From contig CM022670.1 in assembly GCA_012295275.1 (NCBI GenBank), positions 27,776,001 through 27,840,000 of the forward strand: a stretch of DNA of 64,000 bases, given 5' to 3'. The notes below the pieces were generated by a model. The model made no database searches and had not been told where the DNA came from. It was given only the letters and a program-made list of their open reading frames with translations. Shown here piece by piece: positions 30,189-43,031 of this stretch (positions are counted from its first letter, which is position 1; each line of letters starts with the position of its first letter). This stretch comes from Chrysomallon squamiferum. Its lineage: Eukaryota; Animalia; Mollusca. Made by a program: the position numbers and the translations under genes.

Positions 30189-31071
30189 GACTGGTGGGGT
30201 TTTTTTGTTTGTTTTTCTCTCTCTGTGTGTGTGTGTGTGTGTGTGTTTTATTTTATTTTCATAGATACCAGTTATGGATTATAGATTACTTTTTAAAAGT
30301 TTATGAATTCAAAATTATATCTGTTTCTGACACACACACAAAGACAACACACACATTAAGAAAATGAAATTATAACAGTGGGTGTGAGTGTTTATTTTTT
30401 CTTTATAATTATTCTCGTTATTTTCTGAATGTTTTTTTTTTCTTTTTTTTTTTTTTAAATGAAACAAAACCAAAAAGTTTGTTTTAATTCAGTTTAAGAG
30501 AATCTGCCATTTTAAATTATATTGTTCATTTTTCGTTTTTTAAAACCTTTTCTCGTGCTCTTTCTTTCTTTCCAGAGTGAATGAATGCATTACCTTTATT
30601 TCTGGTTGTGCTTTGTTTTATGAATAACCCACATCCAGACATGACAAGCTACATACTACAATATAATGACAGTCTGTAACAGATTAAATTAATTATGATT
30701 ACAAAATCTGTTAAATGTTTTTAGGTCATTTGAAGACAAATATTGATTTTTGATTAATGTTACATCTTTGTTATGCTAGCTTAGTAAATTTGTATGGCAG
30801 AGTTTACCAACAGCCGTGTCATGGATCATCTCCCACCATTTGCAAACAATTAGCACAAATGACTGGGGATTGTCTCTGACTTTTACTTACAGTTTTAGTA
30901 TAATGTCATGTTCATGTGTCTACTGAATATTAGATAACTTTTTTTTTTTTTTTTTTTACATGAAAAAATTATTTAGTATATGATCTGAATAGGCATCTAC
31001 TGAGAGAGAATAAGAATGAGAGAGATTTTTCAATAATGTTATTATTTACAAAGTTTGAATAGGCTTTCATT

Positions 31072-31074
<3 letters not shown>

Positions 31075-31123
<49 letters not shown>
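31075..31123. repeat. (AC)n microsatellite
   Basis: About 24 AC units. Confidence 0.95.
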
Positions 31124-31126
<3 letters not shown>

Positions 31127-31416
31127 CTATGCCAAAAAAGAAGAAAGAGGGCTAGTTAATAATAATAAAAACTTAAAATACTTTTGAAAAAGAACTGCTG
31201 AAAAAATAGCAAAGATTATGAGTAATAAAAGATGTATCTAAACAACAGGTAAAAGAAATTTTATTCTCTTTAATTTTGTTAAGTAAAGAAAACTAAGAAA
31301 CACTGGAACAAGATTTTGTTATTCTGTCATAGATGTGTACAAAGAAAATAAATGACATGAACTTCTTTACAAAAATTATACTAAGTGTTTCATAGTTTTG
31401 TTTCTTTTGCTTACAA

Positions 31417-31418
<2 letters not shown>

Positions 31419-31448
<30 letters not shown>
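31419..31448. repeat. (GT)n microsatellite
   Basis: 15 GT units. Confidence 0.95.
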
Positions 31449-31453
<5 letters not shown>

Positions 31454-32666
31454 GACAGTTGACATATACTCTATTGTTCAGCACAGCTTTTGACATAATT
31501 GCACTGGACTACCTCTGTAGATAAAACTTTTTTATGGTTTTCAACTCATTTTTGAATTTTGACATTTCACATTTTATCTCAAGTGCATGTCAGAAAATTT
31601 ATACTTTTTTTTTTTAAACTAAATATTTAATTTTTAAATATTTCTTGGATTTACTATATTAATGATATATTCAAATAAATATACATGTATGCACATAAAT
31701 GATTAAATTATATATATCTCTAAATTGTGAGTGTGTGTTTGTGAGTTTTTGTACATATGTATATTACTATTATTGTTTTTTGGGTTATTATGTTTGTGTT
31801 GTTCGTGTAATTCAATAATTTTATACAATCTTTAAAATTTTAAATGTTAAACAAAATATCTACTTAAGTTTTGTTGAAATTTATTATATTAAAATTACTT
31901 AAAGAGGCTAAAAAAAAGAAGAAAAAAAGGTAGAATAAAAGGTCTAGTTTACTTTGATATGTAAAGTAATGGAAATTTTAGTCAGGTATTTGTTTTGTCA
32001 TCTGATTAGGGTCAGTGACTCTTAACAACACACAACATTCAGCCATGCTTTAAGCAGCCAGTGTGTTTTACAATAAGACCCACAAATCTCAGTTACATAA
32101 TCTTTTAGCTTCTATTTGAAAGAGATGAGTTATGTGTCATTATCCTTGTAGCTTCTGTTGACCCTACCACCTTTGTCTAGACTGTTTTTATAAGCCATTG
32201 TGGCCTTCTGAAATAAACATAATCCCCCACTGACCAGTTTAGAATGTCCCATTTCAAAATGAATGGACAGTCCATTTTGACATGTAAGGTTTGAAAGGTT
32301 GACCAAAAAAACAACCCTCAGTTGGCCAGGTAGGCCAGGTGTGCAGATAGGTATGTAGCCTGACTGTGTTTATACTGTAAACAAGTGACTGGTTTCACAG
32401 CCAGTTTATCATCATATAAAGCATAAAACATGAAATTCTGTGCAGACTGAATCCTAAATCCAGGCATTATTAAACATGTCAGCATTAGTAAGACATTTAT
32501 TTTATTTATATCTTCTTGTTTTATTTCTTGCACAAGGAGATTATTGTTTTATTTTGAGTCTGCAAGCATAACCGTGGCTTGTGAACTGTGTACAGTAGCC
32601 ATGTGCTTGTTCATTGACAATGGGACAACAGGCAACCGATTGCTGATATTATTTGTAACAGTATCT

Positions 32667-32676
32667 CTGATTGGCT
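32667..32676 (-). promoter_or_regulatory. Inverted CCAAT (NF-Y) box in a GC-richer island about 470 bp upstream of the ATG; possible proximal alternative promoter
   Basis: CTGATTGGCT reads AGCCAATCAG on the minus strand, the full NF-Y consensus. The surrounding 32560-32780 retains CpGs. Confidence 0.3.
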
Positions 32677-33090
32677 AGATTCGAGGACCATTACAGTGCT
32701 TCAAGTCACACGGGTAATGGATAATGAAGGTCCACTGCACTAGGGGCATGGCTAAGTAGTGTGTGTGTCTTTATGAGCATGTCACCATACTAAGTTGAAA
32801 ATCATGCTGCACATTTCAGTCACACATCATATGGATTATTTTTGACCTGAAGGACATCCTACAATATAAAAAGTGATTCCTAGACACCTATGGATGTGGC
32901 AGTAGCTTTGTTTTTAATCCAGGTGGTTTGAAAAAGCTGGAATATGTTTCCTTAAAGCTGGATACTAACACCAAGGGAGATTTTGTGGGTCTCTACTAAT
33001 ACTGGCTGGCTGCTTTTTTCCTGTCTTTCCTTCTGCAGGGCACATTTCAGGGGGGTTCATGATCATAGAGAGGAATTTCTTTTAATGAGG

Positions 33091-33117
33091 TATTTCCATG
33101 TTTTTCAACAGGTAAGA
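33091..33117 (+). other. Recursive or dual-specificity splice-site motif just upstream of the start codon (CAG|GTAAGA)
   Basis: tatttccatgtttttcaacag|gtaaga at 33111/33112, 31 nt upstream of ATG 33143. Confidence 0.45.
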
Positions 33118-33142
33118 GGTGGAATGTCGTAAATACAGCATT

Positions 33143-33209
33143 ATGAGGCTGTTTTCAAGGAGCCTGCCTGTGCTGTTGGTGGCTCTAGTCAACTTGGCAT
33201 GGACAGCAG
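33143..33209 (+). CDS. Lar: LAR-family receptor PTP, first coding exon (signal peptide MRLFSRSLPVLLVALVNLAWTA-G)
   Basis: ATG at 33143 gives a basic n-region, a hydrophobic h-region and A-W-T-A at the likely cleavage site. The exon ends at a strong donor CAG|GTAAGA (33209/33210) in phase 1, matching the phase-1 acceptor of the Ig1 exon and giving ...WTA-GPPRIT, comparable to PTPRD ...TDA-ETPPRF. Upstream acceptors exist at 33038 (ctttccttctgcag) and 33111 (tttttcaacag). Confidence 0.75.
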
Positions 33210-33408
33210 GTAAGACAACTTTTTTCTTTTATAATTTCTGTAGTTTCTTCCCATCATGTGCAATACTTTTCCACACTGACAGTCAGGGTGACATTTGTGG
33301 CTGACATAATCAGTTATAGAATAAAGCATTGAAAATCAATGGTTTTGTACTGAAAATATGTATTATAATGCTTTTAAATTTAAAATAAATGAATTAATGA
33401 ATTAATAA

Positions 33409-33470
<62 letters not shown>
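33409..33470. repeat. (AAT)n microsatellite
   Basis: About 20 AAT units just downstream of the signal-peptide exon. Confidence 0.95.
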
Positions 33471-33475
<5 letters not shown>

Positions 33476-36400
33476 AATTAAAAATTAATTATCAAACCAT
33501 CTGTAAACACATTTTTTAAGTAAAATGAAAAATATTTATACAAAAGGATTAAAAGTAGAAATAATTCCAGTATCATCCACATAAATGTAGAAGATTGGTT
33601 CTGTCTGAAAAGTGAATAAACAGAAGGTCAAAATTATGAATAATTAACTAGGATTATTCAGCATCCCTGTCAGATTTTTTTTTTCTGCAAGTCAAGTAAT
33701 AAATTAACATATGACTGATATCAGTATTTTAGAAGTCAATCCAGAAATGAAATTTTTCTTGACATTTCTGTGGTTAAAATAAAACAATAAAAAAAATGTA
33801 AAGAACTAGAATTTAAAATTTTGTTTTTGTACAACTAATCTGACAGCAAAAACACCTGACAAAATTTTGACACTAAGCATTACTGGACAATTTTTGTGTG
33901 TTTGCTATTCATGTGTAAATACACCCAGTATTTAATGTTTGTGTGCACATGTACAAGTGTAAAATTCTGACCGGAACAAATTGATGACAAATTCTACTGG
34001 TCAGCTGATAACTCATAAAAGTAAATCATACAGTTTACAAGCAGAGATAAAATAAAAGAGAATAGGATACTTTGTAGGTTGGTATCAAAAAAGTAAAATT
34101 CTGAATAACTTGATGGAAAATATATTACTGCATTTTGAATTTTCATGATAAATGCACATAATTGTAAGAAAATGATAAAACAGATCATCATGTATGAAAC
34201 ACTGGGGGAAAAAAAGATTAGTTTAATCCAATCAGTATTATTATAGTCAATTATTATTTAGAGAAATAATGTAAGAACAATTTTGTTTTAAAAAGCTGTT
34301 TGATTCAGTAACAAATAGGAAGAAATTACATAGACAAAGCTTCATGTTGAGACATTTGATGACACATGCTCAACTGTAATGGTAATTACATCATGACTTG
34401 ACCAGCTGCTGGCACTTGTGAAAACAAAATCCATTCCTGAATAAAAATGACATTATCATGGTTACTGTAGGACAGAGCTTTGCATAATTTCATGTATGAA
34501 TAGCTTGTGTTTGGCAACACGGCTAAATCCTGTGTCATCAGATGCACAATTATTATAAAGAATTCTAAACAAATTAAAATCTAATCTGTGGGCATAGTTT
34601 TAGTTAACCATATAATTAATTGATATTGCAGTTGCTGTATAAAATGTTTATGGTTTATAATTCAAATTTTATTGCTGTCTATAAGCAAATGATTTGAATT
34701 ATAAAATCCCCAAAATTTCTTAAAATTATAAAAGTGCCTTTGACAAAATAACTTGATATGATATATATATATATATATATACCTTGTTATTTTGTTAACA
34801 TTAATGAAAGTAGATAATAAAGGACAAAAGAAAATATAATATGAATAATAAAAAAACTTCTCGTTTTGTTTGTCTGCTGGCAAATGCTCAAAGAATAATA
34901 ATTCTTGGTCCTGTTATAAAACTATCACAGATAATGTCAGTCCAAGCCCCCAGATAATAAAATCCAGTAACCCATGGCCAAATTCCACCAACTTATTTTT
35001 AAAAATGTTTTTTTAACTTAACTTCACATTTTTGTATTTTTTCATAAGATATTCTTTTGTAGAGTTAAAGTCAGTGTAGCATAAAATTTTTCTCATCAGT
35101 TTCATATTCTAAGAAATGTCACAAACAAAATAAAGATAACATTTTAAGATTATAACATGCTGTAGGTTATAGGGTTCTATATTATTGCCTTCTTGGACAG
35201 TTACCTATAGAAGTGTGTTTGGCAACACACTTGTATAAATTAATGTGGGAAACATCATCTGGTTATTAATTAATAATAATAACATAATTCTTTTAAAATT
35301 TTAGTTTCATTTGTATGACAAATAATTTTTTTCAAAATAATAACAAAAAGGGGTAAAAATAAATCAGTCTATAATAATCAAAAAAAATTAAAAGAACTGC
35401 AGATTTTCTTTCTGTATATTACATTTAAATAATAAATAGTGCATATTATTTATTTGGCATTAATAACTTAATTAATCTGTTAATGTGACACACAAAGAAC
35501 ACATACAATATGATAATTTACAGTACAAAGCAATTTATGGTTAAACTATATAATGAAATAAAGAGCCTGAATTGAATTTTATTAATAAACTGAGATATGT
35601 TACAGTTAACTAAACCACTTTTTCTGTTCTTTGTTACTAAAATGAGATAAAAGCAATGATCTAATTTATTTTTTCCAGTGTTCTGAACATTCTAATTAAC
35701 AAATTATCATCAAATGTAGTGCTCTACTAATATTGGTTGACATCTCCTTTTTCATACATTTTCCTGCAAATTGTATGGATATGCTTCCTCATGACACTCC
35801 ACAATAACACTTATTTTTATTACATTAAAATATAGTTAACATTAATTTTATCACCTACATTGTGATATTTTTTGTTTATATTCTGTTTTATAATGTCTTC
35901 TTTATCATTCTTCTCTTCTTTTTCTACTTTTCTTGTTTCTTTTTTTTTGTATGTCTTGATGCTGGAGGCAACTGAAAATAACACTTATTTTTCACAGCAT
36001 CTGATTTTCTTCTTTTGTAACCCCCTTGTTTCCTTGTTAAACACCTCAGTGATAATTACTTTCCAGACTTGGTACATGCACAACATTTTTCAAATATAAA
36101 AAAAATACACATGCACTTAAATGTCAAGTTTAAAAATAAAGAAAAGATAATATTTTAAATATCTTTGCAAAGTGAAAGGTTGTATTGTGATTGTACATAA
36201 TGACACCTTCTTGATAAGATAACGGTCTTTAGGGGACAATTTACAGCTTCAGGTTAAGACTGCTGAAAACTTTTCTAATTTAAAAATTAAAAAAAGTTGT
36301 AAATTTAGAAAACCAAAAAATAAAACGGATTTCTCTGGAAATTCTATTATTATGAATTACCTTATAGAAAAAATTTGACACAATTTTTATTTATTTATTG

Positions 36401-39400
36401 CAAAATATTTGTTTTTGATAGAAATGCTTAAAATAAATTTCTGACACACAATCCTTATGCACAAATAACGTAAAGAAGTGCACCAAAGCTGGGTACATTC
36501 AAAATAGAATCAATCTCTTCTAATTAAATTTCCCATTTCTCTACCTTTCATCCTCAGTTTTTAATTTAATCAAACCATGGCATGTTTATAATGACCAAAA
36601 GATTTTTCTTTATCATGAAAAATTAAAATATCAAAATAATTAATGCATTCTAAAATTGTTCCTTTGCAAGACTAATGTGCATTTTCCCCATTCATTTGAT
36701 GCTGGAATCTGTTTCAATAGAGAAAACATTATTTGGTACACCTCTGTTTGTACAAGTCTTTGGTTCAGACCCTAAATATAATGAAGACAGAATTAGACAG
36801 TACAGATTCTCTTCAACAAATCAACTCTGATGCCATATTTGGAGTTCGTATGTCATCACCAGTTAGAGCAAGAATTTCAGTCCATTACATTTTTCATCTT
36901 TATCATTATTTTGTTTTACTGGTACTTCAGATTATATATAAATCTTGGTGGCATCATAAATTTATTCACAAAGGATTGAGAGATGCAATAACATTTATCT
37001 GAAATGGTAATGACAAATTATAATTATGTGATCTATTTTTCAGTTGTTGTTTTTTTTCCCTTTGGTTGTCATGGTTATATGTATATATATTCAGTAATAT
37101 TTCATTACTTTAGCTAGTCATCTAGGATTATGCCTGCATTTATCTATTAAAAAGAAGAAAAAAAGTAATATTAAAAATTTAACAATCTAATTTCAGAATT
37201 ATCATTAATATGTCTTGAATATATATTTTTTTGTTCTACAAACATTAGAAATTTAAATGCAATAACTTTACTAATGTGCATATATATTACGCATTATATA
37301 ATGCAAAATATGGAACCAATATGCAAGGTTTATTCATTTATTGCAAATCAATAATCCTGTTAATTTTCTTTTTGTTACCACCCATAAGTAGAAAACATCT
37401 GTTGACTACAAAGAAACATAATTTTCTTTTTATGGAAGTTATGTAGTGAAGGTAATATTCTGTCATGATCTGCTTATCCATATCAGAATATAATATATTT
37501 GAATATTACATGACTTGCCTGTCTGAGGGCTTACCTTCAGACATGCCATACATTACAGTGTGTCAGAAGTTAACACCATTCTAAGCTTGACTCATCTTTT
37601 GCACTGTTCATCCAGCAGACACTTTCCTAACCCAGGACATTTTTATAAATATTTTCTATTCTATGACAGTATAAATAAAGTACACTTTAAAAAAAAAAAA
37701 AAAAAAAAAAAATCACAAAACAAACTGTAATGAACAAATTCACCAGAAACAATTCATTTAAGCCAACAATGTGAAAATACCTCCTGTCCAGAATCAATCA
37801 TCCTTGTCAAGCCTGTTAGGTGGTTTCCAATTCCAGCCAATGACTCAGCACTTTAAATTAAAAAGTAGTGGCATGTGCTTTACTGTCTATGAAAGTGCAT
37901 ATAAAAAAATAGTTCAAGTTTTGGCAGTCAGTAAGCATAATCATGTGAATTTTCTTTCTCACTCCATGAAATAATCTTCTGATAGAGGCCATCAGAATAA
38001 ATTAAGGCTTTTTAATAAACATTAATTTAAAAAAAATATATTTAAAAAGGTTTTATGTAAATACAAATGTTTTCTTTCCATTGTCTCCACTTTTCCATAA
38101 AAATTGTATCAGATAATAGTCATACAGTACAGCTTTTATATTTCAGTATTTATATTGCAGTTTGATTACATATACACATACATATATTCATGAGTGAAAA
38201 ATTAAAACCACTGTTCCTGAGACAAATTAAAAACGAAAAAAAAAAGTTTTTAAATGGAATATTGTTGTTTTTATGATTTTTTTTTCCTTCAATAAAAGTA
38301 ATTTTAAAAGTATTTAGTTATCATGTGCCGCTGCTTAACAACATCTTGCATGATCAGACAAGATTTTCAATTACATTCTTCACATTCTTTAACTACTTAC
38401 ATTGTATTTCCCATTCTGCATGTTCATATTACACAGTTGGGAACCCCAGAGCACAACTAAAAATCTTTTGAAATAATGTTCAAGTATTTCTATTACTTGT
38501 GTAGAATTCCATGACAGATCTGGCCTACAAGATATTTCAAACATAACATGACTGTCACATAAAAAAAACAAAAAACAACTGAAAACAAGTTGCAGTGTCA
38601 TTGCAGACAGACCATGGACAAAGTATGATGGTTTTAGAAAAATGAATGTCAGTACATCCTGGCCAAGTCAGGTGGAAAAGTGTTGTCACTTCTGTCAGTT
38701 TTATGAACCTATGTTTTTGTGTAATTTTGAGAATAGTTTGCATTGATGTATGTCCCAGACACTATTTGTACTGAGGTTAATTTGTGGCACAGTATATCAC
38801 CTGGTGTTTTACTTTTGAGAAGATGTGTGAATAATGAATCTGACAGGTCTCGAGAATTCCCTGCTGCTGTCTTGATTATTCATTCATGATGAGCCAGCAA
38901 TTTGCATTCATCTTTTACATAGCAGAGATTGAAATTCAAGAGTTGTCTTCTTTTGTATTTATTTTTTGTCTTATCATTATACCAACAACATCAATGGAAA
39001 ATTTCTTTATATCTGACATTAATTTTAAAAATCAATGTTTAATATATTTTTTCTTCATATTATTATAATGTGAATTCATTTGGTAATTGCAAATGATCAT
39101 GATGATGACATGTGTGTGTGTGTGTGTGTGTTGTTGTGTGTGTGTGTGATTAGATCTAAAATTACATGTGATATAAATAAATATGAATTTTTTTTTTACA
39201 TTAATTGTAAGTACACTTGGAAACAAAAGCACAAATTGGGAAGTAAAGGATGTTTGCATGTTAAGAAAAGAAAATCAGTGGCGTGTTTGATTGTGTGTAT
39301 GTAATGTCAATGTATAATTGATAAACTTGTACATGTAGTTCAGATACAGGTTTCAGCTTTATTGATCATTGTAAACAAAACAGGGAATTCACTGCAAATG

Positions 39401-40494
39401 CATAAAATACTACACTTATTCTTGATCACTTCATTAATTAATGATGGGCAAATGGGTGAGTCTTGGTCACCTAGTAGACATAATTTATTAGGCAAAATTT
39501 TGTTCTGTGTCTTTACTAAATATAGAACAAATAGTACTTGGTTTTCAAAATATTGTATGTTTTATGAATAATTATTTATTTCAGTACTGTTTGTAGATTT
39601 GTTACTGAACTGTCATACAAACATATTTCATTAATTAGAAAATAATTAATGCCATTTCATCCCATTTAAAACAAAAATAAATAATAATTGTGTATAGTAA
39701 AGAGTTAAAAAAAATAATTTAAAAAAATGTTTAAAATAAAAAAATAAAACATCTTTACAAGTTTTACTGACATAACTCTAAAAGAAGATTAAAAAAAAGT
39801 TTGGTTTCTTGCTCAAAAGACATTTAGACAAATAAAATTTTAATCTTTTTTTAAGTGCATTTTAAATTGTTATTTTACCATGCATTTAAAAAAAATAAAA
39901 AGTTACTCTGTACTGTTCAGTAGAGAAGTTTTTAATGTTCTTTTTTAATTCCCATTTAAAACACTGAAAGGATTTTCTTAATATGTGTGAACACAATAGA
40001 TATAGATTTTCCAAGAGCCTTTAAAAATCTTTTATGACTTCTGGGGACTTTTAATAAAACTGGGCTGAACAAACATTGATCGATAACTGGTCAATAAAAA
40101 AGCTTTCCTTCTGACCTGCTAATAGGACATTAACTACACAAAATTTGCCTTTATTTCCTGAATGAAATTCACAGATTAACTTAAGGAAGATAGCACTATT
40201 TCTGAATATTGAAACTTCCAGTTCTTTCAACAGATGGAGCAAGTTGGTTTTAACTGCATAACAATGACGACATTGACATCCATGCATTAGCTTTATTGAC
40301 AGTGTTTCTCCATAATTATTAAGACTGTCCAAAGTTTCTCATTTCTGTATCAAGTGTGCATATTGTTCTATCAGAGTGCACTGTGTATATGTATATGTGA
40401 CCTAAAAAAGCAGTGTATAAATAAACACTAATCTGCTTATGTGTCTAGTGCTTGTTTCCAGTTGGTGTGACTGGATTATCTAATCAGCTATGAC

Positions 40495-40775
40495 TTCACT
40501 GATTACACATGGCTTTGTTTAGAACTGTTTTAATAATTATAAACATCATATGGCTTTGCTTAGCATTTTGTTTCAGTGATTACAAATCTAAAATTACCAT
40601 TTTTAACATGATTCAATCATTACAATCACAAAATTTCCAGTATTTTGCTTTACCATATACAACCAAGGGTTAAAAGTTATTATTTTAAAACCAGATTTTT
40701 CACTGATTATAAACAAGGTCTAAAAGTTATATTGTTAAAATTATTTTCTCTGATTATAAATAGCTTTAAAAGTTG
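40495..40775. repeat. Degenerate minisatellite
   Basis: Recurrent ttcactgatta(c/t)a, atggctttg(t/c)ttag and taaaagttat motifs at roughly 45-50 bp spacing. Confidence 0.55.
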
Positions 40776-42836
40776 ACCAGTTTACAGAATACAAACAAAA
40801 TGTTTTTAGCTTTAACATTATGTTTCATAGGAATCATTTACTTGGTTCTTTGTGAAGCATTGATCCTATTACCTACATGCACCAAGCCTGCACCCAAACC
40901 ACTGAAATATCAGCTGTTTTTATATATATATATATATATATAATTACTAACAGCTTATTTTTTCATTTACTGGTACATTTTGCTTCAACAAAGAGAGAGC
41001 TAGATTTCTACATTTCAAAAGTACTTGCTGACTTTTACTAGGAGACCCTTTTAAAAAACCAAAATAAGTGTAAAACAGATTATAAATTATTATATAATAT
41101 TTCCAAAATAATTTAAGGAAAAAAAAAAAATTTTTCTTTACATAACTTGAATGTTTCCTTTAATATATTTACACCCCCACCTGCCTGTCAAAACCTAAAA
41201 AGCAAGCAAAACCAAAAAATAATACAAAACAAAACAGAGTGACAAAAATGTATATGCAAATGGGAAGGAGTGATAGAATTCAAAGCACACATTTTAAGTA
41301 CCTGTAACTTATTATTAAAATTTAAATTATTTTATATTCTTTTGTTTTACTTTGGGTTCTAGTGGATACAGAAAACCTAGTACAGTCCATTTAAGAAATT
41401 AATGAAATCAATGACAAACATTTTAGAAATATCAAGTGGAAATGTGTTATTAATGTCCTACACTGGGTAAAAGTGAAACATAATGCTGATTTGCAGTTGA
41501 AGTAGTGAACTGCAGTTTTATAGATTTTAACTTCTGTTTGGTGTGTTCTCTTTTGTAATCAGGAAAAAATAAATAAAAATCAGTGAAAGAAAATCATGCA
41601 ATTTGTAAAAATCAGTTTGATGCATGCATTCATAATTTACCACTACAGTGCCTTTGTTTTTAATCTGAGTAATAATTTTAATGTAAAGGAAAATGAAAGA
41701 TACAGCATGAAAGCTTTTCAAAATTCTGATCCAAAACATTATGGTGTACCTGTTCCTAATTTTAGAATAACATAATTTATTATAATATGGACTTTTAATG
41801 ACTTTTCATTTTCAAAATCGTTTGGACATTGTTTAGAAAGCTAGTTTATGATTTTTTCACTGTTGATGTTAGGGGCAATCAAAACAAATACAATACACAT
41901 ACAAATTTAGTTTCACAGGGATCTTAAAATGAAAAAAATATATAAAATTAAAATAATAAAAAGAAGAAATTTATAACAACTGAATACAAATGAGATTAAT
42001 TAAGCTGTAGAATTTTGAAGGTGAATATGTTGACAGATAATCACTGAAAACTTACAGAATATCTTGCATGATGGTCATTACAGATTTAAGAACAATATGC
42101 TTATTCCATTAACCTCTGTGATATTTTGAATTTAGAATATTTTTCATTTTTGTGTTTAACTTTACAACTATGATAGTGATGAAACAGCTTTGACACTAAT
42201 ATGAGATTATGATCACACAGTTAGAAACCTATCATTAAGAGTATTTTAGACTGGGTTAATATTCCTTTCAGTTTCACATTACATTTTTTACTAATATTTT
42301 CATAATACAGACTTCTGTCATTTCAGTCAATAAATAGCTGAAGTTGATTATGAATAATAATAATAATAATAATAATAAAGCAAAGCATAAATATATATAT
42401 AATTTTTGTTTGAATCTAAATATTTGAAACTGTTTATTAACTCTTTTTTTAAAAATCCATTACTATATTGCATCTTCAAATAATATCTGTTCCAAATTAT
42501 AGTATTTATTGTACATCACCATATTATATTTTTATTTTAATTCTTGGAGATATATAATTATTTTATATTAATGTAGAAATAACCAAATTATTATTATTAT
42601 TGAAATGAAATGAAATGAAAGATGAAACTTAAATGAGTTCCACTTAATATAATTATTTAAAAGAAAGAAAACAGATCCTTGAAACAGGTGTGTCTATTTT
42701 TAAAATTATAATGTATTGTTAGGCAGAGAAAACTGACATTATACCTAAATTAACTGTTATGAGATATAACACTGCCTAGCACAGAGACATAATCAGCCTG
42801 AATTAATACATAATAAATAGGTGAAGTCCAGTCAGA

Positions 42837-42851
42837 AGGTCAAAATGACCT
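42837..42851. promoter_or_regulatory. Perfect palindromic estrogen-response-element consensus AGGTCAnnnTGACCT
   Basis: The sequence reads AGGTCA-AAA-TGACCT, in the intron between the signal exon and Ig1. Confidence 0.4.
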
Positions 42852-42991
42852 CTGTTAATGTTATGTAATAATTTAGGAGTAATTCTTTATATTTTAAAAT
42901 ATTTATTATGTATATCCATTTTATGTTATATATTAAGTAGACTGTAAAATTTAAAAGTAAGTATATATAATATACCAAATACAAACTGGGA

Positions 42992-42993
<2 letters not shown>

Positions 42994-43028
<35 letters not shown>
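42994..43028. repeat. (AT)n microsatellite
   Basis: About 17 AT units. Confidence 0.9.

Positions 43029-43031
<3 letters not shown>

Noticed and set aside
30549-30600. Strong acceptor tttctttctttccag at 30575 as a UTR exon
   Set aside because: I found no convincing downstream donor.
32240-32305. Possible end of a molluscan MITE (atggacagtccattttgacatg..gaaaggttga)
   Set aside because: Only a vague resemblance from memory, and no partner inverted terminus was found.
40495-40775. Possible CRISPR-like repeat-spacer array
   Set aside because: The repeats are degenerate and irregular, the spacers are not unique, no cas genes are present, and the context is eukaryotic. It is a minisatellite.
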